A stretch of 64,000 nt of DNA from Phoronis australis (GCA_002633005.1 NMRA01000531.1:202590-266589), one strand, 5' to 3'; positions 23,601 to 36,681 are shown, numbered from the stretch's first letter. A program made the numbers and translations. The notes: a model not told the origin generated them from the sequence alone.

Positions 23601-26600
23601 GAGCACTCAGTCTAATGTTGGTGTTGAGAACATCAAAAATACCAATCAGGACACACAACCCAGTGTACATCATTTGTCATCTTACTACAGTCAGCATGAA
23701 ACTTCAATTGAAAATCATGTCAAAAAAGTTCCTGAAAAGCTGAAAAGCATGTCACCAGATGTGGTCAAACCTGCACAATGCGAAGTGGCCAGCATAGTTC
23801 AACAGCTTGAAGCTCAGAGTGCTTTGTCTGGGTCAAACCTGGAGGACCCTCCAGCTCAAGATAGACAAAGATCCAGGTCATCCAAATGTACCAGTGGTGC
23901 TTCTAAACTGATCAATGAATGCTGTTCTCAGGACATTTGTGACAAGGTTGATGAAAATGGTGCACAAAAAGGTTGTGACAATTCTGCACATGAATTTAAA
24001 AATCAGCCTTCAAGCTCAATGTTCACAAAACGACAAAAAGTTGATGGGCCTGATTACAGTGGCAGTTTGGTCAGTGGTAGGTTGCATGGTTGTGGTTACA
24101 AAAGTCAATACATAAATGATGCCATATACGATGATCAGATGTTGGCCTATCTGTCTCCTGAACTAGACTCCCCAGATGAGTATGACCCCAGTGATAGTAG
24201 AAACGAAGCGTACTTCCTGGGTCCTACTCACAAGGACCTTGACGAATGTTTTAAAGGTATTCATAAGGCGTTAGGGTTACCTAGTGATTCTGAAGAGGAT
24301 AGTCCTGGTGAACAAAAAGCTGACTTAAGAGCCGAGTTAGAACAGTTTGTTGGTAACTGCTTCAAGGAGGAACCTTTAACTGAACAGCTTATTGAAGAGT
24401 GTTCTCTCACTCAAGATTGTATGCCTAACCAACAGCTGTTAGACTCGGACATGTCAAAAGATGACTCATGGTCTTGTGATCTGGATGGTTCTGATCATGT
24501 AGAAATGACTGTGTCCTATGCAACTAAGGCTAGCAAACCACAAAAGATGTCTCCTGTTCGTGGCTTCAAGAAGTTGACAAAGAAAATGTCTCCCAGCATT
24601 CATAAGTTCAAGAAGAGGTTCAGCCCTTCGGGAGGTTGGAAAATGTGGGCTGGCAAAAAGTTGTCAAAGTACAAGTCTATGTCTCCTAATAAGAATTGGA
24701 CCATCAGCACAGAACCACAGCGACTTAAAATTGTTTCTGATAGTCTTACTAGCAAAGCAAAGACACTGCAACAACTGCAACTTCATGGGGAGCCATCCAA
24801 AAAATCTCAAAGCCTTGCCATTGGTACATTATCAAATTGTACCGAAGTTATAACTGCTGAAGATAGTGATGAGATGTCAAGCAGGACCTCAAGTCCAACG
24901 AAAAAGAACAGGAGATTCCTGTCCCCTCCTCCAAATGCTGGCAATGTTGGTTCGTTGATGTCGTCAGCCTTTTTTGGGCTTGAAGATTCATCATCTGCTC
25001 AGAAGCTGCCTTATCCTGTCGATAATGAGTTTAGCAAAATGGTACTTAAAGACAAAACTGTTGACTCAGTAAGTGAGAAAAGTGAGGTGAGTGGTCAAAT
25101 ATCAGAAACAGCAAGACGATCTCCTCACAATGAGTTCTCTTCAAGACCAGAGAGTTATACCACATGCAGTTCTATAGCCGGGAAAGCACAATCAATGTCA
25201 AGCCAAGACCATGTGGCAGAACATTCTTTCAGTTGTTTTACCAGTAATCATAGCTTGTCACGGCCTATTGTCCCTGCGAGTCATTTTTCTTCACATGACA
25301 GTTTGCAATGGAGATGTAAGGCCTCATATGAAGTGCCAAGTATCAGCTGTGGCCAAGACGCTTATGTTCACACATCTTCATCCAAGCAAAGTTTCAAGCA
25401 AGAACTTGCTAACTTTCTCAGTAGAAGGGAATTGAGACCTGGACTTCCCAACAAAGATGCAAGTGCTGCTAAATTGCACTCTACAAGTCTACCAAGGCAA
25501 CCAACTGATTGCTCAGACATTTCAAGCTTTGGACACATCTGTAATAAGTACAGAAATAAGACTTTACCAGGAAGATTAGTCAGCGCATCGTCAGAAGAGA
25601 CACCTGTTGATAATGAAGAAACAACAAGACTACAGATGGAGTTACTAAGCACTGCGAGAAACAAGATGGACAATGTCCTGTCTCAGTTATCATCTGCATT
25701 TCACCAGATGTCTGAAAGCCAGATGGAGTTACCTGTTCAAGCTGTCTGTAGACATACTGGCTCAAGCAAAGGTAAAGTTGAACAGCCTGAACAAAATGGT
25801 AATAACTCCAACATATATCCTTCACACACCACTGATGGTGCTAATCACGTAAATGTCTCCAGCCCAGACATGATAGCTGATGGTGTATTCTCTCCTGCCC
25901 TTTGTGCTGTTAAAGAAAACTACATGTCTGATTTGTCATTGTCGTTTGATGTTGGTTACAATTCATCAACTTATGGTGCTGAAAGTTGTGACGAAGCTAT
26001 CCAGAACTCGAAATCCAATGTTCAAGACCCACTTTTTCGCACAAGTGACCCGCAGTTGCTTATAGATGGTCTTGGTAATCAAAACGGCGTTGCTATGGAT
26101 ACAGTAAATAAACTGACTGTCGAAGAGTCTGGTTTGCCTATGTCGGAAAGAAAGATAGATGGCAGTGTTAGCTCAACCAGCTCTGGCAGTATTCCTGAAA
26201 ACGTAGAGGATTCTGGCCATGAGGTCATGTACTTGGACACGTGTGCTTTGTTAGAAAATGAAGAGTCCCCTGCCTCGTCAGATGGATCTTCCAGTGCACA
26301 GACAGAGTGTGTTAGACATGAAGGATGGCCTAATGATAGTGCATGCCAGAGAACGTGCTCTACCCCTCTTGAGCAAATGTACCAGGCTCGACCGCGAGCA
26401 CAAAGCAATGTACACTTGAAAAACTTCCTGAAGATTGGTGCTGCTCACATGTTCAAGACTCCAAGTTCTGAGGAGAAGAAGGCCAGTCAGTGGGTGACTT
26501 CAATTATAAACTCCAAGAATATTTGTGAATCGCCTGTAGTGAGAGAGTTGAGCTGGGATGACTATCACGATAGTCCAACATTCCTCAGTCCACTCTGTCA

Positions 26601-28089
26601 GCCTTCAACTGGCACTGAGGTGCCAGAGCCAAGCAACAACCCATGTGACATTAAAAGTGTTAAAGGAAAGCCTGAGAGGGAACGATGTGCTACGTCTGAG
26701 GTTGAGGAAGTTGACAGTGCAACAGAAAAATGTGGTGGACATGATAGCAGTGTGAACATTGACAGCTTTGAAGAGATTTTCTTAGATCCTTGCTGTTATG
26801 AGATCAGTGATATTCACTACTCCAGTGATGTGAGTATTAATAAAGACACGAATGTACCAAACGAAGCATCTCCAGAAGCAATGTCTCTGTGCCTTGCTAA
26901 CTTGGACGTCAACACACAACAGTACTATTCACTTGCGAGTGGTTCCTTGTCTCCGTCTGAGCCTAGAGTGTCTTTGGATTCAAACAAAGGCTCTGGCGTG
27001 ACAAAAGATGACACAGTTGTTGAAATGGATCCACCTTCAGATTATTGTGCTGATGTGCCATCTACTGAAGCCATGAGAAAACCTTTATGTACAGAAGATA
27101 TCATTTGTGAAGGAAGGAAGTCAATGAATGACAGTGACATTTTTCCACAAAAAGCATATATGCCTGCCACACCCAGTATTAGTCGAGATATTTCTCTCGA
27201 TTCCAAGAGAAGTCAGTCATTGGAACGAATCCAAAAACATCTGGATTCCATTGGGGAAGCTTGCGCCACTGTTGCCGATGGAAGCTTCTCCCAAGATGAA
27301 GGAAGTCTGCTGGTCATTCATGACTTTAATGAACTTGAGAAGATAGTCCGTACAGAGTTGGATCCCAAGCCCTTCTATGACTTAGAAAAGGCAAAACCAC
27401 TGTCGGAATATGATGACACTGACAGACCCATGGCACAAGATGTTTTTACAACTGACGATGTCAAACGAGAGTCCTTAGACAGCGACACTTCTAGTCTTGT
27501 TTCTACAGACACCTTGATCCACAATGACCGGGGTTTGGTTGATGAAGGAGATATGGAGACCGAGTACTATCCTTATGCAAAGGAATATATGGATTGGTAT
27601 TTTCCTTCAACATCAGCCTCTCTAGAAAAGTTGCCTACTTTTGATCATGATGTTGAAAACTTTTCAAAACTCGTAAGTGACAAGTGCAATGAGTTAGAGG
27701 GAGAGTCACAAAATTCCACCGCACTTGAGACAAGTTGCACTAGTGGCGAAACAGGTGGGAATGTTTCAGGTGTGAAATGTAACTCTGATATCACCTTTTT
27801 GCTCAGTCCTCCATTTGAAGATAGCTCATTGATGTCCAGCATTGCAGCGCTTGTGTCAGAGCTGATTGAGCAGGCATCTGAAGATGCAGCCAGGGAATTG
27901 GGTCAAAGAAGTTGGTCAGAGGTGGCTGTAGAAGAAGAACTTTCTGTGGAGGTATCCATTCTGGACAGCTCAGCAGAGGATCAGTTGCCCACCATATGTC
28001 CCGCTAGTGGTGCAAGCACTTCGTTTCCAAAGTCTGCCATGTTCTCTGATGAGGAGTTACCTGCCCCTGAGGAGGAAATGCGAGAATAG
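17696..28089 (+). CDS. Giant (~10.4 kb, ~3464 codons) putative alternative terminal exon of the CIN85/CD2AP-like gene; Ser/Gln/Pro/Asp-rich, probably disordered
   Basis: Stop-free ORF 17608-28089; pyrimidine-rich acceptor tttcatttctcatag|AT at 17695/17696 is phase 1 and in frame with exon 7; TAG at 28087-28089; AATAAA at 28404. Confidence 0.82.
20314..21990 (+). repeat. 111-bp (37-aa) coding tandem repeat, ~15 copies
   Basis: Consensus (V/I)PSFAHLFEQLSRSQLQTPQDQNDITPDAPPSDRTSS; ttccaag(t/c)tttgc recurs every 111 bp (e.g. near 20740, 20851, 20962, 21073). Confidence 0.95.
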
Positions 28090-28403
28090 TGAACCAAAAC
28101 GCACCACCTGATGAAGTGTTGCAAAACAGCAGTGGATGTCTCATAACATCTTATCTGCTCAAATTTTGACTGTGACTTTGCTTCTTTTTCTGCTGCGAAC
28201 TTTCCTGTCTTGACTATTAACCAGTTACTGTTTTTCTTTCGTAAGGTTTGTGTATTTTTAATCTTAATTGTTCAATGTAATTTCATTCTTGTTTACACTT
28301 GAGAGTTGTGGTTAGGGAGCAGTGTATTAGTTTTCAGTTAAGTAATTCCAGTGTTGATAGATTAAGTATACCATTTGTGAATTAGTTAATATTAGTGTTC
28401 TTG

Positions 28404-28409
28404 AATAAA
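28404..28409 (+). promoter_or_regulatory. Candidate intronic polyadenylation signal for the giant-exon isoform
   Basis: First AATAAA seen after the giant ORF stop, ~315 nt downstream, with T-rich sequence around it. Confidence 0.5.
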
Positions 28410-29404
28410 CAATTCCCTGTTCTCTAAATACCGAGTTTTCTACAGATTAAAGCCTATCCTTTAGTTTTCGTGCCAAGCAGGCAAACAGTTTGTCTTACTG
28501 TTGCGACATAACATTCAACTTAAGCATGCGTGTATGGCTTCAGATAGCATTAGACTGCTTGCCTGTGTTGCTTATTTTGCTAGATGTTTCAGGTTCACTG
28601 GTCCTTGAAAAGACCAGCCTTGAAAGAAAGGCTGTAGTCCAGTCTTCGGGTCAGTTTACATTTTTATTAACTCATTGAAATGATATTTTGTTGTTTCTGC
28701 CTTATTGAAGTGATAGAGAGGAAATTCGAACTGTTCTCTGTCTTGCTGAAACGTTGTTTCATAAAGCATTTTGACATGTGATGTGTCAACTGAAAGATTG
28801 CTCTGTCTTCTTTAGGAATGTGTTTGAGTACTTCACAATTGGTACATTGCAGTTTTGATACCAGTACTGATCACTAAAAATTGACCCACATTTGGTTTAG
28901 TGACAACATCTAATCCGATGTAAACCAGCTTCTGTCAAAAAATAGCTTTTGATATAGGCGGGCCCACATGATAAGATCTTTCGTTGGGAGATCTTGTGAT
29001 TTTTTATCAGCAACAAATTGTGTCATTTGGCTTTTGTTGCCAACCTGCACATGATACTGTTTTTTTTTTCATTGGCCAGGTTGTTACCAAGGAGACATTG
29101 AATATTCTGGCCGTTACCAAAATTGGTTCTCACTCAAATTAGGTCATTTATGGACTTGAGAAGAAGTGACATTTTGTAATTGTTTGAGACCAGGCTCAAC
29201 ACGTTGGCCTGTCACAGTGTTTCTTTGTATACACAGAGGATGGTTTCTAGTTGTTATGTAATGAATCATCAGTTCTTTCCATGTCAGTGAACCACTTATA
29301 TGAGTCGGCAGTATAATGAGACCAGTTTTAAAGTATTTAGTGGTCTAAAACAACAGTTTATTTAGTTTGGGAGGTGACCTGGTTTATAGTAGCTGTAACA
29401 GATA

Positions 29405-30563
29405 CCGTATTCGCCGTAATAACCGCCCAGGGCGATTAGAAAAGTTTGTTTTGGGGGGGGTGCTTATTATAACCCAAGGCCACTGAAACCCGGTCTCCGA
29501 AACGGGTGAAATCGGAAGGTAAGTTTCATCATATTTACGCTCTCTGTGACGTATCTGTAATCTATGAAAAGACTTTCTACAAAACCGTGGTGCATTGCTA
29601 TCAAACTTTGCTGCTAAATTACGATCATTTTACAGAAAATTGTGCTGAAATCCCAGGGCGAAAACTCGCCGACTGCCTGCCTCGCAATCGTCGATATGGC
29701 GACTTTAATGCTTGAATAAAAATACAGTTTCGACTCGATCAAATGACCTGAAATCCTTATATTTTCCTAGTAGTGTCCCTAAGATTTTGAATTTCCCGTG
29801 GAGTCTGGATCACGGCAGGTTTAAGTACAAATCTGTGCTAGGACATTGTGCCAACTACATGTATGATCGGTGCAACATGAGAAAAATGTCTGAACTAACA
29901 CATGTTGTCACGTGACGTTTGTTTTNNNNNNNNNNNNNNNNNNNNNNNNNNNNNNNNNNNNNNNNNNNNNNNNNNNNNNNNNNNNNNNNNNNNNNNNNNN
30001 NNNNNNNNNNNNNNNNNNNNNNNNNNNNNNNNNNNNNNNNNNNNNNNNNNNNNNNNNNNNNNNNNNNNNNNNNNNNNNNNNNNNNNNNNNNNNNNNNNNN
30101 NNNNNNNNNNNNNNNNNNNNNNNNNNNNNNNNNNNNNNNNNNNNNNNNNNNNNNNNNNNNNNNNNNNNNNNNNNNNNNNNNNNNNNTCCTGATGAAAGTG
30201 GGAAATAACTACAAAGCAATCCCATAGACAAGTACACTACTTCTGTTCTGAAAGGCCAGACCATTGGTCCTCGCAATATCAGCAGAACTTTTGTGTTTGT
30301 TTTGAGGCATGGCGGAAGTTTGAAGTGTATAGTCACGGCTAAATACCGGCGAGGCTCGTGGTCTACAAATTCTGCACACAATGATTTTTTCAGGACTGTC
30401 AGATATTATTGATAAATTGAAGACGTTACTGTAGAATTATAGGATTGTAGGCAAGGCATTTTTCGCACGTACACATTCATGGACTGGGCGCTTATTTTAG
30501 CAAAGTCCGAAAATGCGTGGGGGGCGCTTATAGGGGCATGGGCGGTTCTTACGGCGAATACGG
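29405..30563. mobile_element. Tc1/mariner(pogo)-type non-autonomous element (contains the N gap at ~29926-30186)
   Basis: TIR ccgtattcgccgtaataaccgccca / tgggcggttcttacggcgaatacgg; TA on both flanks. Confidence 0.75.
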
Positions 30564-31329
30564 TAGTTTGAGAACTTTGTTTTCATTCTGTACTTGTTCG
30601 GTTTTCGGTATTATATCAGCATTGGCAAGTGATGTGCAACCCTAGTTATGAAGGCAGTGGGAGTCCTGGAATATTATATCACTGGTGCTAATTATAAAAT
30701 ATACACCTCAACTGATAAAGCTGAAGTGCCTTGTGGTCAACGGTAACTGTTTGTCAGAAAATATGTTTCATGCAGCTTTTAAACTTTTTTAAAAACCATT
30801 TGTTCTATATGCTCGGCTCTAAACCATTGTAATGTTTCGTGATCACACCATATCATGTCCACTGTTCTCACGTGGTTAGGACATCCTGTGTTGTATCTTG
30901 AATTGATCATAGGCTTCTCTGCCATCTCCGCATATGCCATTCTGAACAAGCAGAGTTGTTATGATTTCATAAATCGCAAACAAAGTTTTCCAAATTCCTG
31001 AAAAGAAGAGTTACCAATTTCATATCTTTCCAATATGAACGGTTGGGTAAGTTTTCATAATGAGAATCTCAAAATGTTAGTATTTGATTTGAGTTTGAGG
31101 TTAATTGTGTCGATGTTTGATTGTGTTTGCTTGTTAGACTGAAGCTGGTGTCCAGAAACATCCTTAAGACTCAAAAGTACTGTGCTTACGGAATGACATC
31201 TATGTTGTATCTTCTGCAGACCTAAGCACTGTGGTCCTCATTGTTGACAATTTTTTTCGCATTTCTTTCATTTTGCTAATTAAAAGACGAAATTCATCTT
31301 TGTAGAATTCAGCTGGTACTTTCTTGCAG

Positions 31330-31514
31330 CTGAGCGGGCACGCGTCGTGTACTCATATGTAGCTGAGAATGAAGATGAGTTGAACCTGGAGGTTGGTGAA
31401 ACGGTGGTTATTCTGGATAAAGACTTAGAGGACAACGGGTGGTGGAAAGGAGAGGTGAATGGTAAAGTGGGCGTCTTCCCTGACAACTTTGTGGAGCTGT
31501 TGCCTCTAGAAGAG
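31330..31514 (+). CDS. SH3KBP1: CIN85/CD2AP-like exon 8: SH3 domain C
   Basis: ttcttgcag|CT acceptor (phase 1), GAG|gttggt donor (phase 0); AERARVVYSYVAENEDELNLEVGETVVILDKDLEDNGWWKGEVNGKVGVFPDNFVELLPLEE. Confidence 0.93.
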
Positions 31515-31881
31515 GTTGGTGATAGCTCAGGAGTACTCCCTCTTATGCTTGTATAATTGTAGTCTCTAAGGTATTTTTCAAACTGAAGTGTGTTTTATTG
31601 GTACACGTATTTTAAGAGATCATACAATGGGGTAATCTGAAAAGGTAATGAGGTGAATTGTGTCAACAAATATCAAAACGACCCATTTTCACTTACCTTT
31701 TCTCCACATTGAAATATTACGTTCTTTAGTTTGTTGCCTTCGTACCAGTCGTACAATTTGTGTTGAAGATTCTTTGTAAATTCAAAACAAAACACATTTT
31801 TTAAAGATCAGAAAGGGCCTTTCTAAAACTTAACCTCTATTCAGGAAGAAATTGCTTGTATGTCATAATGTTTCTTCTTAA

Positions 31882-32196
31882 ACGTGCATTTCGCCCTGCT
31901 TAGCTGGCTAAAAATGAAAATTGAGTTGGGCATTTTACTCTCATCAAATTGGTCTCATGATATTCCTTGGCATGATGGTACTCCATTTTCATTACCAACT
32001 CGCATCACATGCAATGCGTACATGTGTCATTTTCAAATTTGCAATTTTATGAATGGTGGTGGCATCCCAACTAACTCTGAAGCATTTCCTTGAGTCACAG
32101 GGATTTTTTTACCAGGAACGGAATTCATGATTATGAGAGTAAAAGTTCTAATTCGATTGTCATTGTTTAGCCAGCTGAGCAGGGCAAAATGCACCT
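31882..32196. mobile_element. MITE with TTAA target duplication (Kolobok-like)
   Basis: About 65-bp imperfect TIRs a(c/g)gtgcattt..ccctgct.agctggctaaa; TTAA at 31878-31881 and 32197-32200. Confidence 0.7.
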
Positions 32197-32367
32197 TTAA
32201 CCACTATGACATATTGAAAACTTTTATTACTGCTCTATAATTTCTGCCTCTAATCATGTTATTCACAATTATTGAGCTTATCATCTTAATGAATCTCTTT
32301 GATCACTTCCAAGGAGATTAAATGACATTTGAATTTTCATCATTTCGCGGTTTTTGTGTGATCATAG

Positions 32368-32497
32368 ATCAAACCCAAGAAGCCTCCACCACCGGCGGTT
32401 CCTGCCAGCACCAAACCAGACCTTCCTCCAGTAACAAAGGCAGAGCATCACCACCATCGTCATCACGAGAAGACTCCAGCAGAACCTCCTAAAAAAG
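32368..32497 (+). CDS. SH3KBP1: CIN85/CD2AP-like exon 9 (proline-rich region)
   Basis: catag|ATC acceptor (phase 0), AAAG|gtactg donor (phase 1); IKPKKPPPPAVP... matches the PKKPPPP that follows SH3C in CIN85/CD2AP. Confidence 0.9.
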
Positions 32498-35339
32498 GTA
32501 CTGGTCGTTACTATCACACCAATTGCTGGAATGTTTTTACATACTGTGGATCACTGTCATGTTATATACTATCTATGAGATTTGTCCTGTGGTCTGCTTT
32601 CGTTTTGTCAAGAAGTTTGTACAGTGTTCGGTAACTGTAGACTAGATATACGTTGGGTGGTGCTAATGAATAAAAGGACCTCTTGGTATCTGACAGAACA
32701 AATTGTAAACAGTATGTTATTCACTAGGAACAGGCTGTTTATGTAACAAAGGGTCCCATGTGACTACCTGAATGCATAATTTATTTTTACAGTTAGTCCT
32801 TTATAATCATTCAAATAACTCTAATACAAGGCCATTTGGTCATTTTTACCATTATGATGCTAAGCATCAAGCTGATTTGTTCAGCACTTCATGAAAATTA
32901 TACAATAACGAGCAACCTGCAATTAAAATCGCTGCGCAGCAATTGAGCAAATATTTACCTCCAGTCGTGAGAGAAATAAGAGACAATTTGAAATGTTGAA
33001 AAGCTCATTGTACCATGGTAAAAAAATCTGACTGAATGACCTCATTCTCAAGTTGTTCACCAGACTTTGATGCTGACACAGGCTGGATGCAAGACAAGTA
33101 AGACTTGATACTTCACTAGCTCCACCCAGTGACTGTTTAGCATGGGAGCATATTCCTTACAATAAAAAATTGAGAATTATCCTGACTGATTCCAGTGTTT
33201 TGATCAAGAAGTACCCTAGACTAAAGAATTCCTAGATGCATCATGTTGAAAATGGTGGATTTTGCGTTTTGGTCCATGTGGATCAGATCTTCTTTTGGTT
33301 TTGAATCAAGATCTCTGCCAGCAAATCCAATGGACATGCGTGTGGCTGAAGCCATTAACGTTATTCTAAAATGTGATTCACTGTAATGTGCAATAAAATT
33401 GGAATTTACAGTAATTAACTAGTGAATGTCCTAAGCAATCTTACTGAACAAGCTTAGTTAACATCAGTGTAGTTGTGTACCACCATCGGACACAGTGGAC
33501 ACAGTATTCATGATCAACATTTCTTCTAATCAGTGTTTGGTCAATAAATTATGCTTCCCAGTTTTACTTATTTCAATGAAGGATTATCCAAGGTAGTTTA
33601 TCACTAGTGTCTACTCAAACAACTTTGATGGCTTGTCTCTTTAGTCCACATGCAAGGTTGTTAATCAGTAAAATGCAGGCATGTATTTTTTGTGTAGGTC
33701 TGTGGTTAGTGGAAAGAATGTGGGGATGAGAATCTTGAAAGTTTAAATTTGTTAAGTATTAGTTTTTCAGCGGTTGACATCAATCCCAATTATTGTTGTG
33801 ATTGTTTTTTTGCGCTCTGGGGTCTAGTGCTAGCCACATTTCGAGACCACAGTATTTTCATTAATAATTGCGGTGTCTTACTGTTGGCAATCTATCATGG
33901 AGCTATTTTCAAAGCGTGTGCCAGTTATTTTGTTCCGTACCTTCATTTAAAAATTCATGAAAATTTGTACTAAACTGTTGAATTTTCCAAATATGGGCTT
34001 CAAATACAAATCTTTTAAAAGCAATCTTTAATTAACAAAGGTTCTTTTTACAAGTATCATTGAGGAGAATGCACTGGGAATTTTCTGAGTTTCCATACGG
34101 GTTTGGTGTAGATATGCCCTCATCTGGCAAAAGTTCACCAGGATGTATAAGATATTTTTGTATTTGACTTTTGGTCCAAATATATGTCCTGGATTTATGT
34201 CAGTGATTGTTTTCTTACATCTGGCTTTAATAACTTTGTTTGCTGTTTTGAGCATTTGCTTGATTTAAAATCACATGGCACTACGATGCGCGTGGGACAT
34301 AATCAATGGCATAATGCATCCAAGGTTTTTATTTGGTGCTAGCACTCACAAGAGGCCTGACTCAATCTGTGCTTGTTTGTGATGAGTCGGACGTGGCACA
34401 GCTGTTTCAATGTTGGTCAAATTTTAAGCTGTGGATCATATTCAAGTACCGTCACTCACTTGGTGATTGAAGCATTGCTTCTGTTTTGGCTATTTAATTT
34501 AATTTCTGTTCTGTATGCCTATTTGCCTTTTTGCCTAAACAATAAAATTTGTTGTTTTCCATATTCAGCTTCCTTTCAGTTACCATGTGCTCTACAATAT
34601 GGGCAAGCCTGCTTTTCCCAGTGTCGTTCCTTCCTCAGCATGCCTGAACTAAACTCTGCACCCTAAAGTTTTGATTCCATTTTGCAGATTGCAGAATTTC
34701 AATGGGCAAAAATGGCGGTACTTGTGATTTTGTTGAGGCTTCGTTCCGAAAAACTAGCACCTATTTTAAAAATCTGAGACACGGTTCCCTCAAAAATGCC
34801 GCTATCAACATTTCGACAAAAGACCAATATGATTGGAGGAACAATACTTTTAAAATCTCTGTTCTAAGTCAAAAAATACTATTGAAAAAGCACACACATT
34901 TCATGAAAAAATATAGACAAGTAAATAAGAAAAATCAATTTTGTTAGAAAATTCATTCACCTTTCAGAAAATACTTTGTAGGGGTTAGAGCTGACAGAAT
35001 TTAAGATATTTGCACATAAGTACAATTGGTACAAATATTCAGTTATCTTAATGAGCCCATTTCTCCAAACTGAAGTGTGACCATTGATTGGTTTGTGCAG
35101 GGTTTATTCCAACAGCTTATGTGGGGCTTAGGTAGGCCGTGCTCCAGAGGGGGACAAACAATGGGAAGCCATAGGTGTACATTATGTTTCCCCCATTATG
35201 CTGCATAAAAAAGGGTTGAGCAGATGGTGAGTACAGACCTGTGGACATCCTCAGATCCTGTGCCTGTAAGCCTTTCTCCTCCAATGTACCTATCGTCTTT
35301 ATGTCGCTGTTGTTTCTCTCTGTCTACGCTGCTACTCAG

Positions 35340-35498
35340 ACAACAAACCACCACCTGTTCTGCCTGGTAAGAAGCCCGTACTGCCTCCACCAGTTAGTAA
35401 GAAGCCTGCTAAGCCTCTACCAGAAGCCAAATCATCAGCAAGTACACACAAGGCAAAGGAATCTGTAGAGAGAGAGAAGCCAGCCGTGGCTACATTGG
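35340..35498 (+). CDS. SH3KBP1: CIN85/CD2AP-like exon 10 (proline-rich region)
   Basis: actcag| acceptor and TTGG|gtaatg donor (phase 1 to 1); DNKPPPVLPGKKPVLPPPVSKKPAKPLPE... Confidence 0.87.
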
Positions 35499-36681
35499 GT
35501 AATGGAAACTATTGGCATGTGCTTGGCTTGGTTGATCACTGTTGTCAGTGCAAATGGCAATGTATATTTTTGCTCATTCAGCATTATGCTCATAGTGGTG
35601 CTCACAGTGGCAACGTAGTATGTGCTAAAATTTGACTTAATTTTGTGCAATTCTGGAAATTAACAATGTCATAAAAATGTGCTATTCTAAGCAAATGGGA
35701 AATTGCTGGTTGTAAGCTGATGGAGTCTGAAATTTTGGAACAAAACATGTGAATTGGAGTGTACTTGTTATAAGAAAAGAATTCAAAAAGTTTTCTTTGT
35801 TTTGAAAAGGTTACCTTGGGATTTTTTCTTTGCAGATTCCCCTCTTTTTGTGTTCACTGTATAATTACATTTTGCAACTCTCTTGCTTCATCTTATGACA
35901 AAAAAACAGTCGAACAGAAAAGTAGGAGTGTGTGGCGTGCCTGCTAACTACCAATTTTGTTGTCTGGGCAGATATTTTGTGAGTTTGTATATTGACTTAT
36001 TAGTTTGCAAGAAGACATCCACGCTATTGCACCCGCAATGTTGTTGCAAATTCAATCGTGTCCGACAGCTTCCAGCGCATTCGTTGTATTTTCTGCCACA
36101 TTGAACACAAAGCATTCCGTTGATTTGTACACCTACTGTCACACTGTCCCATTTGCAAGCATATAGCTTGCACCTTGTTAAGTATAAAAAACAAGTGATG
36201 GTTGTCGTGTCTGTGCACACGTTGCTGTTGTTATGACCAGCTCCATTCCTGTGAATACTGCTCAATGTTATTGTATGCCACACCCGTTCATTTTGCAATG
36301 CAAGACTATGTAACTATGACAGTCTTATCTATTGTGGGAAGCTGTGACTGAGCCAATGACTTCTGCACTATTAGGTGTAAGGGAACTTGGTTCACATTAA
36401 CTGGGATGGGAGCTGGAAGTGCCTTCTGTCCACCACGTGTGGGTTTAACTGGAAGACAAGTCATGATTTCCCCTTTCAGGTTGCCATAAGTGGTAGAGCA
36501 AGCAGCTTTGGTCTAACATGGCTATGTTTGATTTAACTGGCAGATTAATTGCTGTGTTCCAAGAAATCCTGCATCCAGGAAAAAGTTTTGTAGTCATTGG
36601 TTGTACATCGGTCTCTATTATAATGAATTATGATGCAGTCGTTTGGTTGGTGATGGATGTTTGGTTCTAATTCTTTCACAG

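Noticed and set aside
35198-35232. ATG...|gtgagt candidate alternative first exon before exon 10
   Set aside because: The available ATG frames give phase 0 or 2, while the exon 10 acceptor is phase 1.
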